Shown here: positions 56,426-64,000 of the stretch, piece by piece
How the letters are laid out: every line of letters begins with the position of its first letter
Numbering within the stretch: the stretch's first letter is position 1
Assembly: GCA_964016885.1 (NCBI GenBank)
Contig: OZ024743.1
Span: forward strand, 280,488,001 to 280,552,000
Reading direction: 5' to 3'
DNA length: 64,000 bases
Source of the DNA: Eledone cirrhosa
Lineage: Eukaryota
The notes under the pieces: generated by a model
What the model saw: only the letters and a program-made list of their open reading frames with translations
The model's database searches: none
What the model was told of the DNA's origin: nothing
Position numbers and translations under genes: made by a program

Positions 56426-58336
56426 ATGGCGGAGCCACGCCCCCTAGAGGCGGGTCTGCTGTCGTGCAACGGCGACTTGAGCGTTGAGAGGAGAGGTGAG
56501 GCGAGGAGCGCCACCAGCACGAATGTGAGCAGCGACAGTGCCAGCACCAACGGGCCGAGCGGCGCGGAAGGTGGTAACAGCGACAACACCAACACCAACA
56601 AGCCGAACAGCGCAGAAGGTGGTAATAGCGAGAGCACCAACAAAACGAACAGCACAGAGAGTAATAGTAGCGACAGCAGCAGCACCAACAAGGCCAACAG
56701 CACAGAAGGTAACCACGACACAGGGGAGAACAACAACAGCAATAGCAGCAGCAACACCAACAAGAACAACAACAGTGACAACACCAACAAGAACACTTTC
56801 GCTGCTGTGGCAGCGGCTAAAAGGAGACCATGCTACAGCATCGACTTAACCAACAGAGAGGAAAAGTTGGCCCAGGCCTGGAAAATCATAAATCAAGAGC
56901 AGACCTGGGCAAACTTAACTGTCCCGGCAGAAGCCATTGAGGCAGTGGAAAAAAGAACGGTGCATTTCAGATGCATCTCAGTAGAGACAAAGAGGGCAGC
57001 GATAATCGCCCAAGCTGACATAGAAGCCGCACTGAAATACATCAGAGAGGACACAGACTTCATAGAGAGGGGCAGGCAATACGGCACCGTTTCGGTGCTG
57101 TTCAAGTCTGAAGCCCTCGCTGTGAAGCATTCAATGACCCCTTGCAAAACCAGCAAGGTCATAATGTACCCCTCCCACATGGGAAAACGAATAGCACGTG
57201 TGCGCATTCCCAGGATTCCACCAGGACTTGATATGTGGTGGCTCCTGGGTTGCGTAATCGTGGAAGGAACGGATACAGTCCCGGTAGAGGCAACGAGAAC
57301 TGCCAGGGACGACTGGTCCGGGGTTGATCTGGAGATACTGCTCCAAATCAGACCCGAAAACGTAAAAACAATCCCGGACCACATCCGCCTCCAAAACGGG
57401 AGGGTGTTGCATATAATGACTGAGGGCAAAAGGCCGCATTGTTTCCTTTGTGGGGAAACGACACACTTGCGAGCCTTCTGCCCTCAACTGCCGAAAAGCG
57501 CAAGGGGTCGAAAGATTCCACTGCTGGCGACGCCGGGACAAGGACCACCAGCAACACCGTCAACAATGGAACCACCAAAATTGCACACCCAGGAGGGAAA
57601 CGAGGAAAGCTCTCCCATTCCCCCTCCCCCCCAAAATACACACACGAACAAGAACATAAACACTCACTCAGACACAAACACGCTCACAGCCACAGACCCC
57701 TCATCCTCCAGCAGTGAAGATGAGGGAAAACCAAAGTCCCCCAAAATACAAAAAACAAAACACAAAAAAAAAAGAAATCCACAAAGCACAAACACCCCCC
57801 CCAAAAAAAATACACACACCACCCACACAAACATTTTCCCCACAGCATCACCAACACAACCACCAAAATCCCCCAAACGCAAACAAGCTAAACAGACACA
57901 AGAACAAATAGACACACAAACATCAGAAACTACAGACACCCCACCCACAACAAACGCAGACACAATAGAAACAACACTAACAAAGCTATCACCACCACAA
58001 TCACACGAACAAATAAAACCCGAGCAACAAAACATTAAAAACTTCGTGCTTGCCAGAAGGGCCAACAAGGAATTGATGGCCCATGTAGCACGAAGCACAA
58101 ACATCGAAAAAGACGGGGAAACATTTGAAGCGAGCACATTTCGCGTACCAGATAATTTGCTTCTGATGCGAATGTCGCTCGCTTCATACAAAGAAATTCG
58201 AAAGAGCTTTCCTCGGGATGTGGGAACCCCGAACGTAAAACCCACGTCAAGACTATTAAAGGGGTTCCCAAAAGAAACCCCACAAACCATGGAGGTCGAA
58301 CCACCCGACCTTCACAAGACCCCGGAAGGTAAGTAA
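56426..58336 (+). CDS. Tx1 ORF1 protein, 636 aa (S/N-rich repeats, CCHC zinc knuckle, P/T/K-rich tail)
   Basis: Open frame; CFLCGETTHLRAFC fits CX2CX4HX4C; homologous to copies A and B. Confidence 0.92.
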   Translation: MAEPRPLEAGLLSCNGDLSVERRGEARSATSTNVSSDSASTNGPSGAEGGNSDNTNTNKPNSAEGGNSESTNKTNSTESNSSDSSSTNKANSTEGNHDTGENNNSNSSSNTNKNNNSDNTNKNTFAAVAAAKRRPCYSIDLTNREEKLAQAWKIINQEQTWANLTVPAEAIEAVEKRTVHFRCISVETKRAAIIAQADIEAALKYIREDTDFIERGRQYGTVSVLFKSEALAVKHSMTPCKTSKVIMYPSHMGKRIARVRIPRIPPGLDMWWLLGCVIVEGTDTVPVEATRTARDDWSGVDLEILLQIRPENVKTIPDHIRLQNGRVLHIMTEGKRPHCFLCGETTHLRAFCPQLPKSARGRKIPLLATPGQGPPATPSTMEPPKLHTQEGNEESSPIPPPPQNTHTNKNINTHSDTNTLTATDPSSSSSEDEGKPKSPKIQKTKHKKKRNPQSTNTPPKKNTHTTHTNIFPTASPTQPPKSPKRKQAKQTQEQIDTQTSETTDTPPTTNADTIETTLTKLSPPQSHEQIKPEQQNIKNFVLARRANKELMAHVARSTNIEKDGETFEASTFRVPDNLLLMRMSLASYKEIRKSFPRDVGTPNVKPTSRLLKGFPKETPQTMEVEPPDLHKTPEGK

Positions 58337-58365
58337 ACCTTTCCTCTCCCATTCATCCTGCCAGC

Positions 58366-61300
58366 ATGGCCATAAGAGTAGGAAGTTTAAATGTTCGTGG
58401 CCTGGGGTCGCCCTGGAAGCAAGGTCACTTGCTCAACGACCTCAGGTCACTAGGAATGGATGTAATTGCCATCAGCGAGACCAGAATTTCCGACACACGC
58501 GCACTGGCGCCGATTTTCGACGATTATCAGATCTTTGCATCTGTTAGTCGGCCGGGAATGGGAGGTGGAGTGGCTGTGCTGTTTAGGAAATGTCTGGATC
58601 TCGAGGTAAGGTCAATCTTCCGGGATCCTGACGGAAAGTTGGTGGTCCTGGACGTGAGCAATAGCGAAGGTGGTGCCTTTAGACTGGTGGCCGTCTACGC
58701 CCCTACTGGGGCCGGTCGGCCGGACTTCTTTAGGCGCCTGGAAAACTTTCTGCTTACGTCTCGCCCTTTACTGTTAATAGGGGATTGGAATGGCATCTTA
58801 GAAGCACGCTGGGATTGTGTGGGAGTATCTGATAGGAGCGGGGGGTGCAAAAGCCTCAAGTACCTGATCAGCCAGTTTCAACTGTCTGACAGGTACCGAC
58901 TAGATTTCCCTAATGCGCCAGTATGGACCTGGACCAATCGCATAGGGTCATCTAGATCGTACATAGATAGGATTTTCATTAGGAAAAGAGATAGAAATAG
59001 TGTAGGATGTCCACATTTTAAAACGGTTGCCTATTCAGATCACAAGCTTGTGATCTGTATGGTCGACCTAGATAAGACACGTAGGTTAGGACCTAGCTAC
59101 TGGAAGCTAAACATGTCGTTTCCGGCACGTAAAGCTTACAGGGACCGGGTCAACAACTTAGTTAAGCAAAAGTTGACAGGGGGGGTTGTCAACAACAGGT
59201 GGTGGGGGGCACTCAAAAGAGAGATTAGAGCAACCTCGATAGGATTTAGCAAAGAAGTAGCAATAGAGAAAAATAGAAAGGAGGAGGGGCTGATAGCTAA
59301 GTTAGACGAGGCTATTTGTAGTGGCATTGCAACAGACGTGCTAGCGGCGAGAATGGCACTAGACCATTTCTTCAATGCGAAACACGAAGGTTGCATTGTC
59401 AGAGCTAAGGCGCGTGCTCTGAGGAACGAGGGAACCAAAGCTGCCCGATGGGCTCGCTTTGCAGAGACGCAGCGTGGAAATAAAACCACAATTCGGTCTT
59501 TGACGGATCGAGATGGACACGAACTGAGCGATTCCAAGCGGATGTGTGAGGCCTTTCGCCAGCACTTTGCTCGATTGTTCGGGAGGATGGGTGAGTCGGA
59601 GACGGCGGCGGACTTCAGTCCCTACCTCGACGGCTTGCCACGCCTCTCGACGGCCGACGCTGGGCGCTGCGAAGAGCCGATAACATCAGCCGAAATTCAG
59701 GACGCCCTTGTCGGCTGCTCGAGTCGCAAGTCACCCGGTTTGGATGGTCTGCCCTACGAGCTTTACGTAAATATGCCAGACTTGTTCTCCGATCTCCTCG
59801 AAGCGCTCTACTGCAACTGGCAGCAGAACGGGAGCATTCCCAGTTCTGTGAGCCGTGGCGTAGTGACGCTGATAAGGAAAGACGAGAACAAGAGGGACAC
59901 ACTAGATAATTTCAGGCCCATAACCCTGCTCAACACAGAGTTTAAGATTTTGGCCAAGGTGTTAGCGAAAAGGTTGGCGCTTGTCGTCAAAGATTTGGTT
60001 GGGGAGGCGCAAACTTGCGCAATCCCGACCAGGTCCATACACGACAACCTCCACCTCATGCGATACATCATAGAGAGGGTTGGGTGCAAACCTGGCTTCG
60101 GTGGGGCTCTGATCAATTTAGATCAATCGAAAGCATTCGATAGGGTCGACCATCGGTACTTGGAGGCTGTCCTCGAGGCGGCTGGCTTCGGCCCCGTCTT
60201 CAGAAGCTGGATCGCTGCAATGTACAGCGGCATCCGCTCGGTGGTCAAAGTTAATGGCCACCTCTCGGAACCGTTTCAGATCTCTCGATCGGTCCGTCAA
60301 GGATGCCCTCTCTCCTCACTTCTGTACGTATTGACTCTTGAGCCTCTACTGCGGAAGCTGGAGTTGTTGCAGGGCATCCCGCTCGAACCGGGACGTAGAA
60401 AGGCTGCGTCCGCTTATGCGGACGACATCACCGTGATGGTGTCGGACACCTCGGAAATCGAGGTGATCCGCACCCATTTGGAGGAATATGAAAGGTTGAC
60501 GGGAGCAAAACTTAACCCGGAAAAGTCGGTGGGCTTGCAGCTCGGCACCTGGAGAGGCAAGTCCATGCCGTCCAACAGCGTCGTTGGGCGCTGGACAGAC
60601 GGACCGGTAAAGTTGCTCGGGGTTTGGTTCGGACCAGACCTCCAGGTGGATAAGAATTGGGACGAGGTGACGAGCAGGATAGCCAACCTCACCCAGAAAT
60701 GGGCGGAGAGAAAGCTATCACTGAAAGGGCGGGCGGAGGTGGCGAACGCGTACATCGCGTCCGTCATCTACTACCGCCTGACCGTCGTGCCTTGCCCCCG
60801 TCCACGCCTCGCCAATTTGGAACGGCTCCTTTTCAAATTTTTGTGGAGGGGACGGGTCCCGTTGGTGAGGCGGTCCATCTGCTGCCAGCACCCTCTTCGT
60901 GGAGGGCTGGGCATGCCGTGGCTAATGATGCGCAGACATGCGCTGAGGCTGCGACATCTCCAGATATTTTGCCTAAACGGTGAACAGGTGTGGTCGCCGT
61001 TTGTTAGACGGGCCTTTCCGCAGCTCATCTCTTTGACTGAGCTGCAGTCCTGGGTCAAGAAGAGACCGAGACTGGGCGACTGGCATCTGGAATGTTGCCA
61101 GGCGCTCACTGCACTCTGCAAGGTGGGCAATGCGGTCAGTGGAACTTCCACTCAAGATTTCTATAGAGGATTAGTGGAGGGCAAGTGCGATGACGTACTA
61201 GGAGAGGCTCTGGGCGTCAACGAAGTAGAACTGACCAGTATGTTCCGGAGGACTTTCGAGCCGGGGACGATGGATAACTTCCAGAAATCCCTCGCTTGGC

Positions 61301-61785
61301 AGTGCTACCGGGGGGCGCTGCCGGTTCGGGATAAACTCTACAGGCACGGAAGTGCTGTCAGACGAACCTGCCCGAGATGCGCGCAGAGCGACGAAACCGT
61401 TCTGCACGCACTCGTCCAGTGTCCGTGCATTGCTGACTTGTGGGGTTATGTCGAACAGCTATTGTCGCGTGTAGAACGGATCCGGCTATCGTCCGAGTCC
61501 ATAGTGAAGATTGACCCGCCGCCTTCTTTTGGTCAGGAAGGGCAGGCAATTTTCCTCTGCCTGGTGGCAGTAGCGAAAGAGGTTGCATGGTGGACCAGGT
61601 TGAAAGGACTGAAGACAGACACTTTTCTCTTCGGCCAATCCCTCATCAACTTCTTCAAGTTTCACTTGGAAAGGAAGGTGAGGGTGGAGAGAGAAGTGCT
61701 GCCCCCCAGTACATTTACTGAAAGGTGGGTGAATGTGGCGAGAATGGCCCGCGTGAGTGGGCCTACTCTGATCATGCGCCTGTAG
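58366..61785 (+). CDS. Tx1 ORF2 protein, 1139 aa (AP endonuclease, reverse transcriptase, Cys/His finger)
   Basis: SLNVRG, ISET, VYAP, GDWN, IDR, SDH; KSPGLDG, FRPITLLN, LDQSKAFD, QGCPLS, YADD; CPRC..ETVLHALVQC. Confidence 0.97.
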   Translation: MAIRVGSLNVRGLGSPWKQGHLLNDLRSLGMDVIAISETRISDTRALAPIFDDYQIFASVSRPGMGGGVAVLFRKCLDLEVRSIFRDPDGKLVVLDVSNSEGGAFRLVAVYAPTGAGRPDFFRRLENFLLTSRPLLLIGDWNGILEARWDCVGVSDRSGGCKSLKYLISQFQLSDRYRLDFPNAPVWTWTNRIGSSRSYIDRIFIRKRDRNSVGCPHFKTVAYSDHKLVICMVDLDKTRRLGPSYWKLNMSFPARKAYRDRVNNLVKQKLTGGVVNNRWWGALKREIRATSIGFSKEVAIEKNRKEEGLIAKLDEAICSGIATDVLAARMALDHFFNAKHEGCIVRAKARALRNEGTKAARWARFAETQRGNKTTIRSLTDRDGHELSDSKRMCEAFRQHFARLFGRMGESETAADFSPYLDGLPRLSTADAGRCEEPITSAEIQDALVGCSSRKSPGLDGLPYELYVNMPDLFSDLLEALYCNWQQNGSIPSSVSRGVVTLIRKDENKRDTLDNFRPITLLNTEFKILAKVLAKRLALVVKDLVGEAQTCAIPTRSIHDNLHLMRYIIERVGCKPGFGGALINLDQSKAFDRVDHRYLEAVLEAAGFGPVFRSWIAAMYSGIRSVVKVNGHLSEPFQISRSVRQGCPLSSLLYVLTLEPLLRKLELLQGIPLEPGRRKAASAYADDITVMVSDTSEIEVIRTHLEEYERLTGAKLNPEKSVGLQLGTWRGKSMPSNSVVGRWTDGPVKLLGVWFGPDLQVDKNWDEVTSRIANLTQKWAERKLSLKGRAEVANAYIASVIYYRLTVVPCPRPRLANLERLLFKFLWRGRVPLVRRSICCQHPLRGGLGMPWLMMRRHALRLRHLQIFCLNGEQVWSPFVRRAFPQLISLTELQSWVKKRPRLGDWHLECCQALTALCKVGNAVSGTSTQDFYRGLVEGKCDDVLGEALGVNEVELTSMFRRTFEPGTMDNFQKSLAWQCYRGALPVRDKLYRHGSAVRRTCPRCAQSDETVLHALVQCPCIADLWGYVEQLLSRVERIRLSSESIVKIDPPPSFGQEGQAIFLCLVAVAKEVAWWTRLKGLKTDTFLFGQSLINFFKFHLERKVRVEREVLPPSTFTERWVNVARMARVSGPTLIMRL

Positions 61786-62065
61786 GCTGGTGAATTCGAG
61801 AAGGAGAGGGGTGCCCTTCCCGGGTGCCCTAGGAGCGTCGGGTGGCTCAGGACTGGTGGGGTGCTTGAGTCAACCCTGGGTGGTGATCCCTCTTATTGGG
61901 GAACTTTCATTGTTGTATTTTTATTGTTATTTTGTTTTTGTTTTTTTGTTATTTATACTTACTCGATCTCTATGTAAACCCCCACTGTCCCTGTCTATTG
62001 TGTTGTCCCCTATATGTCGGCCCTTGTGGCCAATAAATGAAATCATTATTATTATTATTATTATT

Positions 62066-64000
62066 GTTATTGTTATTCCTTGAATCTCAGTCATTGATGT
62101 TGGTTAACTGGAAAGTCCGTTGGATTGAATATCAAGCCACTACCTGCAGCCTCAGATATTCAGGACGTATCGGAGGGTTCTTGCCGTTCCAAGCAAGCAT
62201 GCCTTTTGAAGCGTTCCAAAAAGCGTGGAGGGGCCGATTTTCTTTAACCATCCCTGGAAACCTTTGGAGATAGTCCCCAGTGCGCCTATGACAATCGGGA
62301 TCACTTTGACTTCATGGCAGTTCCAAATCCTTTTCACCTCCCACTTTAGGTCCTGGTATCGGTTAATTTTCTCCCTCTCCTTCTCTTGCACTCTCGTGTC
62401 GAACGGGCAGGCCACATCCACAATCAGGCACGATCTTTTTTCTTTGTCCACAACCACCAGGTCAGGTCTATTGTGTTCCAGTTTTTTGTCCGTCTGTATC
62501 CTAAAATCCCACAGCACCTTCACCTGACTGTTCTCCATCACCGCCTCTGGCCTATGCTCATACCATTTCTCAGAATGTGGTAGATTGTTTACTTTGCACA
62601 GGTGCCAGTGGATCACCCTGCCCATCACATCGTGTCTCCAGCCCTTATAGTGGGTCTGGGCTAGGTGTTTACACTCGGACACAATGTGAGCCACAGTCTC
62701 CTCTCTCTCTCCACAGATCCTGCACAGTGGGCTAGCCTCCTCCTTGTAGATATGGTGCTTCAACCACTTCGTTTTGAGGGCCTGCTCCTGCGCAGCCATT
62801 AGCATTCCTTCTGTAGCCTTTTTGAGGTCTCCTCTTCTCAACCAGTTCCATGTCTGTGGATCTCTAAATTCAGTTTTCTCAAAGAAGGTACTATGAAGGG
62901 ATTTTCCCTTAAGGCTGCTCTTCCTCCTTGATGTTATTTCCTCCTTGGATATCCCCTGGCCTACTGTCCCCTCCTTCAGTACAGTTCTGAGCATTGGCTC
63001 CTTACTATAGGTCACGTATTTGTATAGGTTGTTTTTCTCCATCTGAACACAGTCCTCTATGCTGATAAGACCTCTTCCACCCTCAGATCTCCTTAGGTAG
63101 AGTCTATCGACATCACTCCTCTTGTGGAACATGTTGTAGATAGTCAATAGCTTCCTAGTCTTCCTATCCATTTCTTTTTGTTCAGCAACATTCCATCTCA
63201 GAATTCCCGCACTGTACCTAATAATAGACACAGCTCGGGAATTTACTGCGCTTATGGCATTTCTGCTGTTCAGATGTGACTTCAATACGCTCCTTACTCT
63301 CCGAATGTATTCAGTTCTTAACAATTCCTTCATTTTTTTGTTCTTTATGCCATCAGCCTCCAGAACGCCCAAATACTTGTATCCTTCCTCAGAGTCAATT
63401 TCCTTTATCATCTCACCTGTTGGTATCTGGATCCCGTTACTTCTGCTCAACCTACCCCTCTTCATCACAATGACTCCACATTTACCAATACCAAACTGCA
63501 TACATATATCACTGCTGAAAATACGGACAGTGTCAACAAGCACATCCAACTCCTTCTCACTTTTCCCGAAGAGCTTAAGATCGTCCATGAAGAGGAGGTG
63601 ATTGATGGTAAGCTCTCCCCTTCCCAACTTGTATCCTGCTCTCACTTTTCGCAGCATAATGGTCAAGGGCATCAGGGCAAGGACAAACAACAGAGGGGAC
63701 AGGCTATCTCCCTGGAAGATACCTCTCTTGATCTTCACGCTTCCCAAGGATACTCCAGTTGATGTCAACTCTGTCTCCCAGGACCCCATACTCCTGCCCA
63801 GCAACTGTCTGATGTTATCTGCCACCCTGAAGATCTCCAGGCTTTTGGTGATCCAGGAATGAGGCACCATGTCAAATGCCTTTCTGTAGTCTATCCATCC
63901 CATGGCAAGATCAGTGTGTCTCCTCCTGCAATTCCCCATTACCATCTTATCAATAAGCAACTGGTCCTTTGTACCACGTGACTTCTTTCGGCATCGTTTC
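62066..64000 (-). mobile_element. R4/Dong-like retrotransposon 3' half, running to the window edge
   Basis: Nearly identical to 38134-40068; tail-to-tail with Tx1 copy C. Confidence 0.93.
62152..63996 (-). CDS. RT-RLE polyprotein C-terminal part (open frame, partial)
   Basis: 602-aa ORF differing at only a handful of residues from 38220-41612. Confidence 0.9.
   Translation of the reverse strand, partial: RCRKKSRGTKDQLLIDKMVMGNCRRRHTDLAMGWIDYRKAFDMVPHSWITKSLEIFRVADNIRQLLGRSMGSWETELTSTGVSLGSVKIKRGIFQGDSLSPLLFVLALMPLTIMLRKVRAGYKLGRGELTINHLLFMDDLKLFGKSEKELDVLVDTVRIFSSDICMQFGIGKCGVIVMKRGRLSRSNGIQIPTGEMIKEIDSEEGYKYLGVLEADGIKNKKMKELLRTEYIRRVRSVLKSHLNSRNAISAVNSRAVSIIRYSAGILRWNVAEQKEMDRKTRKLLTIYNMFHKRSDVDRLYLRRSEGGRGLISIEDCVQMEKNNLYKYVTYSKEPMLRTVLKEGTVGQGISKEEITSRRKSSLKGKSLHSTFFEKTEFRDPQTWNWLRRGDLKKATEGMLMAAQEQALKTKWLKHHIYKEEASPLCRICGEREETVAHIVSECKHLAQTHYKGWRHDVMGRVIHWHLCKVNNLPHSEKWYEHRPEAVMENSQVKVLWDFRIQTDKKLEHNRPDLVVVDKEKRSCLIVDVACPFDTRVQEKEREKINRYQDLKWEVKRIWNCHEVKVIPIVIGALGTISKGFQGWLKKIGPSTLFGTLQKACLLGTARTLRYVLNI

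Larger units (their letters stand above)
56217..62044 (+). mobile_element. Intact full-length Tx1/L1-clade LINE (copy C)
   Basis: Two open ORFs, 5'UTR with hairpin, 3'UTR; (ATT)n at 56193-56216 and 62045-62065. Confidence 0.96.

Noticed and set aside
57664-58290. Antisense ORFs over Tx1 ORF1 (also 29933-30559)
   Set aside because: The A/C-rich sense strand depletes antisense stop codons; similarity between copies follows from ORF1 homology.
58329-58364. 36-nt intron fusing Tx1 ORF1 and ORF2
   Set aside because: Removal leaves ORF2 out of frame, the intron is very short, and copy B lacks the AG. The donor motif itself is kept as a finding.

Overview
Eukaryotic, AT-rich, microsatellite-laden DNA made almost entirely of transposable elements, with one 200-N gap and no recognisable host gene. 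The SINE family and repeat landscape suggest an octopod cephalopod (inference). Contents: five copies of a two-ORF Tx1/L1-clade APE-RT LINE (all + strand; 56217-62044 is fully intact); four R4/Dong-like RT-RLE retrotransposons (all - strand; one has an intact 1130-aa ORF); a decayed Penelope-like RT/GIY-YIG element; about ten tRNA-derived SINE copies; a Buster-type hAT nested in a non-autonomous Helitron; a tandem Helitron array; a Chapaev3-like DNA transposon; and two long palindromes. Three observations stand out. (1) An apparently self-reinforcing ATT/TAA microsatellite system: the Tx1 LINE and a SINE with a similar 3' tail insert at, and generate, (ATT)n, and Dong-like elements sit tail-to-tail in those tracts. 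(2) At least four distinct type I hammerhead ribozyme families in Penelope pLTR/retrozyme-like repeats. (3) A consensus 5' splice site straddling the ORF1 stop codon, plus a structurally conserved 5'UTR hairpin, in all three full-length Tx1 copies. Most short ORFs in the track are microsatellite or antisense artefacts. Family names come from recalled motifs, not database searches.
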